Shown here: positions 51,037-63,972 of the stretch, piece by piece | How positions within the stretch are numbered: the first letter of the stretch is position 1 | Layout: each line of letters begins with the position of its first letter | NCBI RefSeq assembly: GCF_006345805.1 | Contig: NC_043012.1 | Coordinates: 33,790,001-33,854,000, forward strand | Source: Octopus sinensis | Lineage: Eukaryota | Direction: 5' to 3' | DNA length: 64,000 nt | The notes under the pieces: model-generated | Told to the model about the DNA's origin: nothing | Databases searched by the model: none | The model's input: the letters and a program-made list of their open reading frames with translations, nothing else | Program-made: the position numbers and the translations under genes

Positions 51037-51891
51037 AAAAAGGGTTAAATGATAGTTACTTACATCAAGGTGTGAACTTAGAGCATAATGAAACCTAAGA
51101 TATAAATACCCACTACAAGATGGTATTAAACCCATTTTTTACTCCTTATTGTCACTTCATCACCACTGACACCAATATTGTTTTAAAGAAAAGAAGGAGT
51201 TGTATTTGATTAAACAGACAAAGTGTATTACTGGTATTTAGTCTATCTATGTTGGCGAATTTATAAATGGATGTAATGACCACCACATGGTGCTTAGCTT
51301 TAGCATTGTTGGCCATTTATTTGCATGCATACCCCTCCACATCCACTGAAAAGTGATGAAGATCACCAATGCTGGAATCTGGCAGAATTTAAATTCCAAA
51401 TGTTTTATTTACCAAAGTGAATGCTGATTTTTGCCAAACTGCCATTTTTTAATAATCTTCAGAAATGGACATTTTGGATAATGTGGTTCTAGGTTCCCCG
51501 TACAAAGGAAAAGGGACAGGATTGTCATTGCTGGAATACATGTGATCATAGGTTTGCTCAATCATGGAGGACCTGGGTCTAAACGACAACTGCCATTAAC
51601 AAGTGAACCTCTATGTGGTTGCTAGAAATAGTAGCTCAATTTGCCTCCCATCTTAAATAAAGGGGATATTGAAGTATTCCAACACCTCCACAGAGAAATG
51701 GAATGGTCGTAAGTTTACTCAATCGGTCTTGACCTAGGTTTAAACAACAGTTGCCTGCCATGATACAGTTATGGAAAGTTGTGGTCATCTTAGCACCCCT
51801 TCCTTTCTTCTTCCTTTCCCTTCACATCCAACACCTCCAGTTCTCTCTATTCTTCTGAGGTCCAGTTGGTCTTTGAATCAAATGACATGAC

Positions 51892-52031
51892 CAACCTTTG
51901 ACCCAGAGAACCTTAATTGTTTGTGAGATGGGAACTAATCTTGGTAATCAATTGGCATCATCAACCTTTGACCCAGAGAACCTTAATTGTTTGTGAGATG
52001 GGAATTAATCTTGGCAATACAACCTTTAACC
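51892..52031. repeat. 70-bp tandem duplication
   Basis: caacctttgacccagagaaccttaattgtttgtgagatgggaa.taatcttgg twice, plus the start of a third copy. Confidence 0.9.
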
Positions 52032-52189
52032 TGGAGAACCAGGTCTTTGTAGCAGATTCTTGCTGTGACAAAGCCACCATAGACAAAATAAACTATTGTA
52101 CCATTGTTTATATCTCCTGGGGTTGTGAGTCCCACATCTGAGAGATTTAAAATGTGACCAGTACTGATCTCGTTGGACCAAGAGAATCA

Positions 52190-52947
52190 TAAACAGCATG
52201 TGGACTGAGATATGTGATGCATTGCTGTACCCAAGAAGGTCCACCCACCACAACAGATTCGAGCTCCTTAAAACCAAGGTGACATGCAAAATGCAATTGT
52301 AGGTGCTGGTTCCAGATATAAAACACTGGTGATGGTGCCACATAAAAAGCACCCAGTGCACTCTGTGGTTGGCATTAAGAAGGGGGTATCCAGCCAAAAC
52401 AAACTCTGGATTCCTGGTGTGGGTCCAGGCCTTGTCAAGACGTTAGATGTTAATGATGATGATGTTGATGGTGAGAAAGAAAAGCACCATACGAGTGTGA
52501 TCATTGACAGAGTGGCTAACCAGCTTCCGTGCCAGTGGCACATAAAAGGCACCATTCGAGTGTGATTGTTACCAGCGTCGCCTTACTGGCACTTGAGCCC
52601 CGTGCTAGTAGGGTATTAAGAGCACCATCCGAGCGTGATCATTGCCGGAGCTGCTATCTGGCCTCCGTGCCAGTGGCATGTAGGAGGCACCATTTGAGCA
52701 TGATCGTTACCAGCACCGCCTTACTGGCACCTGTGCCAGTGGCATGTGTAAAAGATTCGAGCAAGGTCGTTGCATAAAAGCACCCACTACACTCTCGGAG
52801 TGGTTGGCGTTAGGAAGGGCATCTAGCTGTAGAAACTCTGCCACATCAAGATCGGAGTGTGGTGCGGCTGTCTAGTTTGCCAGCCCTCAGTCAAACCGTC
52901 CAACCCATGCTAGCATGGAAAGCAGACGTTAAAGGATGATAATGATG
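52190..52947 (+). mobile_element. Two tandem RTE 3' ends (older 52190-52470; younger 52478-52947)
   Basis: Each ends in gttaa..gatgat; the younger has about 4 units. Confidence 0.8.
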
Positions 52948-55783
52948 GTGGTGGTGGTGGCTGTTAGCAACAAATATGGTAATGTAGAGCACTACTAACA
53001 GAATACTTATGTTAAACTTCAATTCTGGCTGCTAAGATCAACTTTGCCTCTCACATTTCATCAGGGTTAATTAACTGTATTGTTGTTGTTGTTTAGCACT
53101 AATCCCATTCAGATTGAGTAGTAGCCATGAGTAAAGACCTTCCAACTGTGGCCAGTGGTCATACTCTTCTCTGTCATGGTGCATCTTTATCCAACCTGTT
53201 GCTGTAATTCGAGGAAGATTTGGATGCTAGAAATAGCAACCAGATTTTCCTCAAACCATGCTCTACAAGTTGACACGTAGAACAATGGGATCCAGGGATC
53301 TCTGTACATACGGAAAAGTCGAGATGGTCACGACTTGATTGCTTTCCATTATAGATAGGTCTGCTGGATCAGGGCAATCTGCAGGTTAGACGACAACGTT
53401 TTACTAGAACGAATGATGTGACGGATAAGGGGTTAATTATTTCAAGGACAAAGGAGGGCCTTACAGAACAATGAAATATAACAAACATAAAAAAAAGACA
53501 AAATTAAAATCCGACGAGGGGGACCAATCTGAGGAAACTTCACAGATTCCAGTTTATTTCTCTTCGTGCTAAGGACAAATGCACTCGGTCAGCTGGATGC
53601 CTCAGCACACTTTCTATCAGATTTACTGCCCTCTCCTCGCCTTCCTTTCCTAGTATTTATAATAATAATAATAATAATAGTAAATGCTGTTGCTAGCTCT
53701 GACGTCTTTTGGATCATAAGCAAGTTGGACAAGTTCCAGGGCCTTGTTGTTTGCTCCTTAATGTACTTTCTCTGCATTTTTAACATTCTCACCCATTGCT
53801 GCAGAATTTGGTTTTAGCTTTTGCGGCTAGAATTCATAAAAATGTGTCATTTCACTGCATACTTTTTTTTTTTTTTGTTTTTCCAGGAAAATATATTGAA
53901 TCAATATACATTTACTTCCTTCTTTCCTTCCTTCCTTCTCTCTGTCAAATCAACCACACATACACACAGACACAACTGTGTACATGATGTGTGTGTGTGT
54001 GTGTGTTTCTGTGTGTGAATATGTATGTCTGTATTATGTAAAGGAAATCAGAACGGAATATTATAAAACCGATGAACGTCGTCCAGTTGAATTAAATACA
54101 CACACGCATGCACACACACACACACACTCATAATCACATATATACCCTTATATAAATGTATATAATTAAAATATTTTTATGGATTAAGCAAATTTATTGT
54201 CAGTCTTTCTGCTTTCTTCAATAAATTTAATTGAAACCAAAAATTCCTACTTATTCTTCAACCATTAAATAGTTTAGGGTCAGTTTGTGTGCAATGGGGA
54301 CTATCTCCCCCCTCACTTCTCTCTCTCTCCTCTCTTTCTCTCCCTCTCACTTCTCTCTCTCTTTCTCTCCCTTTTCACTTCTCTCTCTCTCTTCCTCTTT
54401 CTCTCTCTCTCTCTCGCATGAAGTACTAATAGTATTTAGCATCAAATAGCTCAACCTTGGGATTTGAACGTGTGCCCGCTGATACTGAGTGCCGTATTTA
54501 CTCACCACTCGATGCCCTATAGCGAGGGACGCCTCACATGGTCTGCTAGAAAGAGCACCACCGTCGACTCGAACAGAAGTATATATATATACATTACATA
54601 TACAATACAACCTTTTAAATAAGTAAGGATGTTCACCACTGGAATGTTTTGGGGCTAAACAACTTCAGCCAATTGATAATAATAATAATCCCATTAAATA
54701 ATTCCATCAGTCTTCTATTGTTTTGCCGAAACAAACGATAGATTAGCCCACCTGCTTGTCTCTAGAAATTCAGTTTTCTTTAAAAAAAGATTACCAACCT
54801 TTAACTGCTTTCCTTTTATTTATTTTTTCTTCTCAGTTTAAAAATATATCACTTAACACAGGAAACGAAAGACAATGCATATTATGTACACACATGCATT
54901 CATATATATATACATGTATACGCAGGAATAGAATACTTGTGCGTGTGTGCGTGCGCGTTTTCTTGAGATAAAATGCTGGTGCGCGCACACACACACATAC
55001 AAAATATATACGTATAATACAGGTGTGTGTGTGTGTGTGTGTGTATATACATATAATGTATGTATAATACTCTTGTTTTTAAAATGTTTTCAAGGTAGGA
55101 AAGAAAGGAATAAAGAGAACCAATCTTTTATTAAGAAAAAAAAAAGAAAGAAGAAAAAAAGAAAATGTAACGAAATCCTTATTTTGCAGTAATTTTATTT
55201 TGTGGTATTGATTTTTTCTGTGAGAATAAGATAAGATGAAATAAAGCGAATTGTGAAAAAACTGTTTTCCGAGATGTCAACGCATCATTTTCATCATCAT
55301 CATCATCATTATGATCATTTCATTAAATATTATTATTTGTCTCTTTGGATATATTAGCTTTTATTTAATTAATGCTGACCTATTTTTGTTGTTGTTGTTG
55401 TTGTATCCACCCCTTCTCCAAGAGTGGCTCCACACTCGTTTAACCTAACCGCTACCGACCTCTTCTACCCTTTCACTGCAAAATGGTCGGATCTGGTTGG
55501 AAACTGATCTATAAATTTCCAGATGCATTGTGTACAATATGTGTGCATGTAAGTTTGTAGTGGCGTGCACACACACACACAATTATTGGTAAATTGTACT
55601 GATAACGGCAGATGCAAGTTAAGTGATGTTCTATGTAGCTGCAATAGCAGTGCTGTTGTTGTTGATGATGATCATGGTGATGGTAGAAGTCAGAGGAGAG
55701 AGAGAGGGTGAGTGAGTGAGTGAGAGAGGGTGACAGCTAACATTGTTAATGTTATCAAAGTTTGGCAAGAAATGTGCTCATCC

Positions 55784-55851
55784 TGACGTCATTTCTCCAT
55801 CTAGGTGTGTGAGCCACACTGCACAGCTAGTGGCTACCTTCCACCACCAAT
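55784..55851 (+). promoter_or_regulatory. Palindromic CRE (TGACGTCA) and CCAAT box
   Basis: TGACGTCA at 55784-55791 and CCAAT at 55847-55851, about 500 bp upstream of the TATA promoter. Confidence 0.5.
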
Positions 55852-56272
55852 CAACCAGCCGAACCACTAGCACAAACCGATTAACTTAGAAATTACCAAG
55901 CACTTGCACAGCAACAATGCTCTCTCCCTTTCTCCATTAACTCTTCTTCCACATTCGCACTTTCTTCTCCCTCTCCACTTCACTCTCTCTCCTCCCCATT
56001 CTCCTCTCTCATCTTTTCTCTCTTTCTCATTAACCTCCTTATTCGTCCTCCTTATTCTACTTTCTCCCTCTCTTTCTCTCTCTCTCTCACTCCTTCATAT
56101 ATCATTATATATTCACCCTTTCTCATTAACATAATGCTGTAGAGTTACTTCCCCTATTTCTGCACTCCTCCAACTCACTCCTTACAGTAGTAACAGTGGT
56201 GGCGCTGTACTGACCTAGTTTCCAGCCAGCTGTCTTGTTCCTGCTCCTCCTCTTCCTTCTCCTCCTCCTGTC

Positions 56273-56311
56273 TATATAAAGGCACCGACCTCACGCCAGT
56301 GCGGCTCAGTT
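56273..56311 (+). promoter_or_regulatory. TATA box plus initiator core promoter
   Basis: TATATAAAG at 56273-56281 and TCAGTT at 56306-56311 (A at 56308, 33 nt after TATAAA), followed by a CpG-retaining leader. Confidence 0.7.
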
Positions 56312-56389
56312 CGCTTAGTCGTGGCCGTCTTCTCATGGTACCAGCACACTCCACGATATTATTCTATTATTGTTATCCACCCAGTAAAA

Positions 56390-56446
56390 ATGACTATGGG
56401 AGTTCTGAAGGCAGTTGTCACCGATCGAAACCACAACGAACAAAAA
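56390..56446 (+). CDS. First coding exon 1b (MTMGVLKAVVTDRNHNEQK), phase 0; protein not identified
   Basis: AAAAATG invertebrate start context 82 nt after the Inr, 19 codons, GTAAGC donor at 56447. Confidence 0.7.
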
Positions 56447-58101
56447 GTAAGCGTGCCTTGCTTGCCTTTTTTTTTAAAAAAAATTCTACAATTTATACAT
56501 ATATGTAATGAACATCGATTAAGAAGGCGGCTGGTTTTTCTCTCTCTATCTTAACAACACGCACTCACATATCTATATATCTATCTATCTACCTATTATA
56601 TATATACATATATATATATTATATATATAGTGTGTTATGTATACGATATATATATATCCTTTACATCCTTGATTTACACTCTGATCATCAAATATATTCC
56701 ATTCGTTGCGGCTACGTGACTTACAAACATCATTCATTTTCGCCGGTTTCTTCTTCATTTTCGCCTTCGACTCTTAAATTCACTAAAAAAATAATATTTT
56801 ACACATTTAACTTTTCTCTTTTCGACATCATCAGAAAGAGTTAAACGAACAAAGATACAAATGCATCGTATTTTGATTTAATTTATTCCAATTAGGTCGG
56901 CTAATTTTAATAATTTAAACGTTATTGAACGATCCGTGAACTTTTAAGGTTGTGACAATCGACTATTTTCGGTGATGATGAAATGACTCTTCATCAATCC
57001 AACCACTTTATTGTATATATTGTTTCTTTTACAAATTCAATCATTTTATAATGTATATCTATCGACAATCCGGTTAGCATTCATGAACTTTTTCCTTCAA
57101 ACACTCTGTGGGTTGACTTTTTTCCTCGATCCGATGTTACAATTGATTTTAAACTCTTAATTAGCATAATTGACCGAATTTTATTCTAGTGTTATACATA
57201 CATGAGAGAGAGCAACTAAGGCAGTTTCTTATTTTTCTAACATTATTTTACTGTTTGGGTAAATTTAGAATAAATTTGCCGTGTTACTACTTTTTTTTCT
57301 TCTGTCTCATTTGACAAAAATTGTCCAAACCATTTCATTGTTCTGTCTCAATTACTGATCACCCCCCTCTACACTTGATGTCTTAAATCTAATTGAATTA
57401 TAATTGCTTACCGTTCTATTCTAAAACATTTAATTTTCATTTTTAAACCTTATATCTGAAAGAAAAAAAAATTGTTTGCATCGCAAATTTCTTGAAATCT
57501 TTACAAATACAAATTTGTAGAATTAGGTTCAAAGACATGATTACAAAAATTTTTTTTTCCCTCTTAGTTCTTTTTAAATAATAATTTTTAACAAGTGGGC
57601 GAAGTCGATCCCTCTTTGACCACAACTGAATCGCTTCCTCGATCGACCACCGTTTCTCTTCACTGTCTGATGCAATGTGGTTGATGTAAACAGTAATAAT
57701 AGTTATAGTAACAGGGAGTGTGCCTTTTCCTTTTTTTTAGCTGTTGTGATACAGTATAAAACTTTTTTTTTTCCATTCCCATAAATTTACCTACAGAACT
57801 CGGTTTGATCAGAGATTGTCAGCTGTTTGTTAATTGCCGTTGATTCAAGAACTTTGGAATGTAATTATTAAAAGTTGGTTGGGTACACGAACACGACTTC
57901 TTGCTCTCTCTCTCTCTCCACCCTGTTTCTTTTTATTCTTTATTAACTTAGGAAGTACTTTATTTTTTTAATTAGCTGTCATGACGTATTGTTTCTTTAA
58001 TTAATGCTATCATCATGTGGCATTTGACACAATGCAGTGTTTGTTATCTTTTCACTAATTATCACATTATACTTAACATTTTCTTATTGCAGGTTCTTTG
58101 A

Positions 58102-58132
<31 letters not shown>

Positions 58133-59023
58133 CCCGTACACAAAACATATACATATAGTTATGGATATATATGCCTCAGGCGTTGTTTATTACATTTTTA
58201 TGAAAGCCGGCTTAATATCTTGGTGCAAAATAGTCCGATTTATCTTGTATCCTCGCTACATGTTATTGTTCAAGCCTGTGGTAGGACCCCAATTAAATTG
58301 AATTATGGTCAAAACGTTCCAGTGGTGCCCATCTCATCTATTTCTAGACATAGTGCACCCCGAACTATATTAGACAATGTGTTACCTGTTTTAAAGGTAA
58401 AGGGTAGGTTGCTATTTCTAGTTTCTCTAGCGACCACATAAAGACTCCTCGTTGAAATTCTCTACATCTGCAGAGTTTAAAGACGAACCCAAGCCAAGAA
58501 AATGCCGAGAAATATTTGGAGCTGGTCGTCTTTTGTGAGTTCGCTCCTAAAGAGACCTCAGGATCTAATTTAGTGACATTAGAATTGATTGATATTTATT
58601 AATTAATGAAACGTTAATGTAGCCTGACCAACCTATCTTATCTAGTTGACCAGTTTGTTGCCCTTTTCCTGGCAAAATTCCCCTAGTATATTACCGCAAT
58701 TCCATAGATCCACTGCTGGGAAATGAATTTGTCAAGTGTGTCCCTTTGTGTCCCCTTGTCTTGGCTTCTAAACGATTTCAGTCGGAGGAAAATAAAAAAT
58801 AAATGTTCAGACTGGAGCAATTTGTGACAGCTGCTATAATTATATTACATAATTTTAGATTACCACTTGTCCATCACTATTGTTTTGCTGAGAAGTACAA
58901 GTGGCCTAAGGCTTTTAATCGTATCTTATTAAACATTCACATCAAACATCAATACAGGAGCTTGTCTTTATTAAATTGCTTTAGGTTTATAATTTGCTTT
59001 ATATGTATGTATATACACACAAC

Positions 59024-59062
<39 letters not shown>

Positions 59063-59123
59063 CCATATATACAATCATCCGTTGATATATTTTAATTGTT
59101 CTGTCTTTAATTATTGTTCACAG

Positions 59124-59153
59124 GTTGTACCAGTTGACACAACAAACGAGGAG
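59124..59153 (+). CDS. Candidate 30-nt internal exon (VVPVDTTNEE), phase 0-0
   Basis: Acceptor ttattgttcaCAG, donor GAG|GTAATT; in frame with both candidate first exons. Confidence 0.55.
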
Positions 59154-60178
59154 GTAATTATATACATTTTTTTATCATTTTCATCTGCTTTTCTTTTGTA
59201 ATCTATATCTCTCCGACTCTATTTTTTCTCGGGTATAGATTATCATTATATATATACAACATTTGTAGTTGTATATAATAATAATAGAATGTGGTTAGGG
59301 GAGAACCTACGTGCATGTGGTTGTGATATAAGGTTATCAGGGTTCTATCACACACTTCCTTTACATTTGGAAAATCCCCACTGAAATCTTCGTTCCCTTT
59401 TTCCTTTCAGCCTTACCTCTCGCTTCCACCCCTCTTCTTTTTCTTCTTCTTCGCCTTCCACTTACTCTCCTTCTCTCTCCATTTATCCTCTCCTTCCCAA
59501 TCAGCTGTAACTCCTTGTCATTTCTGTTCGGTGCGCTGATTAAATCTTGGCCTGACGAGTAATTAAGAGAGAGAGATCGCTCATCCTCCCCTTCTCTCCT
59601 GAGTTTAGGTTCCTCGTCTTGGTTAGTTTTGTTTTGTGTGCATGAGAAATCAATAACCAAGTCTTCGGTTTTCGTGCTTGTGACTGATATGGAAGAAAAA
59701 TCAGTTACATAGGTCGGGTGGACGAGGGGTGGATTTAAAAAGTAAAAGAGAGATTAATAAGAAAAATGAAAAGGAGAGAAATATCTGTGTAAGAGAGAGA
59801 GGAAGGAAACGAGATAGAAAGAGATTATGAGAGGGGAAAGGAAGGATTTTTTTGCGAGGTAACAAAAAGGAATATTAGTACAAATATGAGTACCTAATAA
59901 AAGAATAAAAGGGAACAGTGTTGAGTAAATTCTGTATTGGGAGTTAATGTTGGAAAAGGGGTTAATATTGGTGTCGGAGCGGCGGCAGGGTGCACTCTAC
60001 CTCCTCCTCTTTTTGTTCCTTACATCCTCTTTCTTTCTTCTCTCTTTCTCTCTCTGTAGATGTTAGTCTCTTTCCTTCTCTCGCTCCTGCCCATTACAGT
60101 CTTTCTCTCTCTCTCTCTCCCTCTCTGCTTTTTATTTTCCAGCTTGGAGATTGCTGTTGTCAGTGCTAAGTATAGCCA

Positions 60179-60225
60179 AGCATTCTGATTGGCTGACCAA
60201 TTCGGTAACTGCATTTCCATTGGTC
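60179..60225. promoter_or_regulatory. Triple CCAAT cluster, candidate internal promoter or enhancer
   Basis: CTGATTGGCT (60185), CCAAT (60197), ATTGG (60219). Confidence 0.45.
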
Positions 60226-60962
60226 GCTTTCACGTTACATAGCCTGATAGACAAAAGTAAGCAGCAACTCTCCATGCACTCGCAGTTTACTATTATTATT
60301 ATTATTATATTTTTACCTTTCTTCTTCTTGTTGTTGCTCTCTCTCTCTCTCTCTCCTCTTCTTTACCATTCCTCATCCTCCCCGTCCCTCTCTCTTTACT
60401 GAGCAGCAGCACCAAAGAGGGGACGGCTTTGATGCCAAGCTTGGAAATTTCCACAGAGAAAAACTTGATGTGGAATCTTACACGTTCTTCTCTCTTGTTC
60501 ATATTCTTTCTTTCTCTCTTTGATTCAACATAAATTAAAACGCGAATCATGTTTTTATTTTTCTTCTTATAAAATAATTGATAATCTTAATTGTTTGGGA
60601 GTATTTTTTTTTTTAGCTAATAAAATGAAAATTATAGAATTTAATGGGTTTTTTTTTTAACCTGTAAATTTATTTTATAATGCATAACGGTAAAAAAAAA
60701 AAAAACGGCCAGGAGGGTTCCAGAAAGATCTTTTAGCATTGGCATTGGTACGTTTTTCAAACAATTAAGGATTTAAGGTTCTCCTTCGAAAACGAAAGAT
60801 TGCCACATTTAATTCACTTGCCGTAATTAATTGGAGATTCTTGGTAATTATAGACTTAATAGGATATAGGATTCCACAGATGATTGTTCTCCCCACCCCT
60901 TAGCATATTTAGTTTGATGTCCCTTCGATTGAGTTACCGTGGAACTTTTAATTAAATTTCAG

Positions 60963-60999
60963 AGCTCCACTTTCGAAGATATAGGTGATGGCTACGATG
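60963..60999 (+). CDS. Possible 37-nt exon (SSTFEDIGDGYD), phase 0-1
   Basis: TTTCAG acceptor, open frame compatible with the preceding exon, G|GTAAAT donor. Confidence 0.3.
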
Positions 61000-61165
61000 G
61001 TAAATTGACGGAAATAAACCCTGTCCACATCCCTTTTAGCCATACAGTCATTATCAATATGAAAATTTCCTTCATTTACTGCAATACAAATGGAAATTAT
61101 TTAAATTGCTGAAAACTTTATCGTCAATTCCACCTTTCAATGCAGAGAAGTTTGGTGGGGGGGGG

Positions 61166-61425
61166 GTCACCAAACTGTAGTTATTCCCTTTCTTGTTAAC
61201 GTCTTAGGGGTTCCCAAACTGTAGTTATACCCCTTCTTGTTACTGCCTTAAAGGAGTCACCAAACTGTAGTTATGCCCTTGTTAACGTCTCGAAGAAGGA
61301 GTCACCAAACTGTAGTTATTCCCTTTCTTGTTAACGTCTTAGGGGTTCCCAAACTGTAGTTATACCCCTTCTTGTTCCTGCCTTAAAGGAGTCACCAAAC
61401 TGTAGTTATGCCCTTGTTAACGTCT
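61166..61425. repeat. Higher-order minisatellite: 2 x (3 x ~45 bp)
   Basis: Core ccaaactgtagttat in units at 61166, 61210, 61256, 61301, 61345 and 61391; period 135. Confidence 0.92.
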
Positions 61426-63269
61426 TCTATATCTGAAGTGTATCTTTGCTTGTGTATCTGAAGTGTCATTAAAATGTACCCATAACATAGCAGGGTCGAT
61501 GTAATGTACCTTTCTTAATGTACCGGGTAACTAAAATGTATCGTAACGTATCGGGGTGGATTTGTATACAGATATATGTACGTCCTAAGTGCAAACTTTC
61601 AATCGGCATCGAATTCTTCCTTTTATATGGCTCTGTGATCTATAAAATAGGGATCAGTTCTCGTACGGTAGGGGTACAAGAACAATCCACTCTGCCCTAC
61701 TCTAATGAAAACCGACCTTTCATTAAGTTAACTCTTTTTTAAGCTAATTTATTCATTTTATATACAAACGTCATTGTGGTAGATTTTGCATTAATTATTA
61801 TAATATATGGCCATTGTTAATGTTTTGACACAGTTCTTTTGCAAGTGAACTGATACAGTTGCTGCTGTTTGCTAGCTTAATTATAGATTTAATAATAATC
61901 GATAAATTTTTGTTTTGTTTTTCATTTATCTTGATTTATTTAATAAATTTTCTATATAACAAAAGGAAATTAGGTTTTGTATATTAATGTCCATTTGCTT
62001 TCATTAATATTTTTAAAGTAAATCTTTTCAATTGACGCCATTTCTTTGGGATTATTATTAACGACCAAAGAATTAAATTGTAATTTTACACTGGACCTGA
62101 AAAGGAATTGATAAAATATACGTTAGGGGTGAAGTTTTGACCAGAGTACCTGCTACAGAGGTTCATATTCATTAGAAACTTGCCCTCTGTCACAACTCCC
62201 AATTTAATTTTTTTTACAAAATAGCAAAGATTGAAGACTTGAGAACTGACCCTCTGAATTCAAGAAACTGAACCTGATGTATCTTGGACTACATTGTCTA
62301 ATGTGTTCCTCTTTGAAATAAGAAACAAAGTGGGCCGTGTTTTGAAGGAAATTTGATTGTTATTTCTAGATCAAGCAACTCTCACAGAGAGGTTTCCATT
62401 CTGTTGACGTTTTTCTCCACTTAGGGGTTGTTACAGTTGTTATTAAAAGACACCAGCGTTTACCATTTCTTGCCAATTTCTAGAACTAGTTTAGTTCCAG
62501 ATGAGATGTCCCGATTGCTACTTTCTCCAAGGGCCCTTTGTTCCCTCAGTGTACTGACACTAAGTATGACCCACAGCGCTCTAACCCTATATCGTGATCT
62601 CCCACTCCAAGGGGAATGTAAAAAAGAGGTATAAACATGTAGGCTAATTAACCATAAAAAAGAAGGGGGGAGTGAACAACACAGTCTATACAGACACTAT
62701 GTATGTCAAAAAGTAAAAGAACCCAAAGACTTAGCTAAAGGTGTTTGTGGATGGGGAGGGTACCCCAAATATTTGCAACTTTAAAGGGTTTTCTTTTATG
62801 TTTTTTCTTGATTAGGAAAGCCAAGTTCACCTCGAAGGGAAAGATATTTCTGTTGTAGGGACTTCAAATTTGTAATTTAATGTCAAGGGATTGATATTTA
62901 TCTCTAGTGAATGAACTGTGTGTGTGTGAACAATTTCATATTTTTTAAAATTTTATATTGGTTGATCAGTTCTGGACTGTCAGAGCTTAATTTTGTTTGC
63001 AATGTTGATGTCTTGGAACAGCTGGTTGTGATATAGGGCTAAACACACACACACACTGCTGTCTAACGATGGAGATATTTACTGTTACGCAGACTCACTC
63101 ACTCTACAGGTTTCATTAGATTATCCTATTACTATCTTTATAGTCTTTTTCATCTTTTAAAATCTGTGAATTAACTTATTGTTAAAAGTTCTTATTTATT
63201 TCTTTTCCAATAATAAATGGAATTGGATTCGGTATTTAATTTTTAGCTTTAATATTGCTTCAGACAGTA

Positions 63270-63490
63270 AGGTGGTAAGCTGGCAGTATCGTTAAGCACA
63301 CTAGGCAAAATGCTTAGCGGCATTTCATCCGTCTACACATTCTGAGTTCAAATTCCGCCAAGGTTGACTTTGCCTTTCATCTTTTCGCGGCCAACAAAAT
63401 AAGTACCAGTTGAGCTCTGGGGGTCAATGTAATTGACTCCCCCACCCAGCCCCCGAACTTGCTGGATTGTGCCAAAATTTGAAGCTAATA
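63270..63490 (+). mobile_element. Meta SINE, alternative-tail subfamily
   Basis: Head, Meta core and tail cttgctggattgtgccaaaatttgaa. Confidence 0.85.
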
Positions 63491-63700
63491 TTATACTTCA
63501 AACCTTAAGTAAATTGTGATGTTAGCACTAGGCGAGGGCTGCCGATATCAAGCTGGTTTCAATTCATTCTACTATCTATAGAAAAAAACATTTTCTTCAC
63601 TTCCTCCTATAAATTATAAGGTCCTGTATATATTCAATATTTGTGGGTTTTTTTCTTTCTTTAATGGTCACTAGATTTTGCTGTCTAATTAAAATCTAAT

Positions 63701-63972
63701 ATGTGAAGTATATTTGCCATCTAAATATGGCTAACCACTAAGGGTGGATGTTACTGTAGCCTGTAGCCCCAGGAGAACATCTTCTCAAGCTGGCTATTGA
63801 CACACTTTCTGTGCCCTATCGGTATTTGCAAAGGGAAGCCACCCTTCCCATCGTCGACCTGACGTGATACGCACGGACCCAGGTTTCTGGAGATGTTTTC
63901 CTGGGGCTACAAGCTACATTAACATCCACCCTTAGTGGTTAGCCATATTTAGATGGCAATTATACTTCACAT
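63701..63972. mobile_element. Fold-back element/MITE with ~83-bp inverted arms
   Basis: atgtgaagtata.ttgccatctaaatatggctaaccactaagggtggatgtta... is mirrored at 63890-63972 with few mismatches. Confidence 0.85.

Noticed and set aside
56390-56446. Resemblance to the 19-aa first exon of vertebrate ZFP36L1 (recalled from memory)
   Set aside because: Only about 5 scattered identities, and no CCCH zinc-finger exon in the window; too weak to name the gene.
61166-61425. CRISPR-like repeat-spacer pattern
   Set aside because: The spacers are related and themselves repeated, the context is eukaryotic, and there are no cas genes.
62425-62628. 68-codon open frame between an AG and a GTATAA
   Set aside because: Weak donor, unrecognisable peptide and adjacent to an old repeat; compatible with chance.
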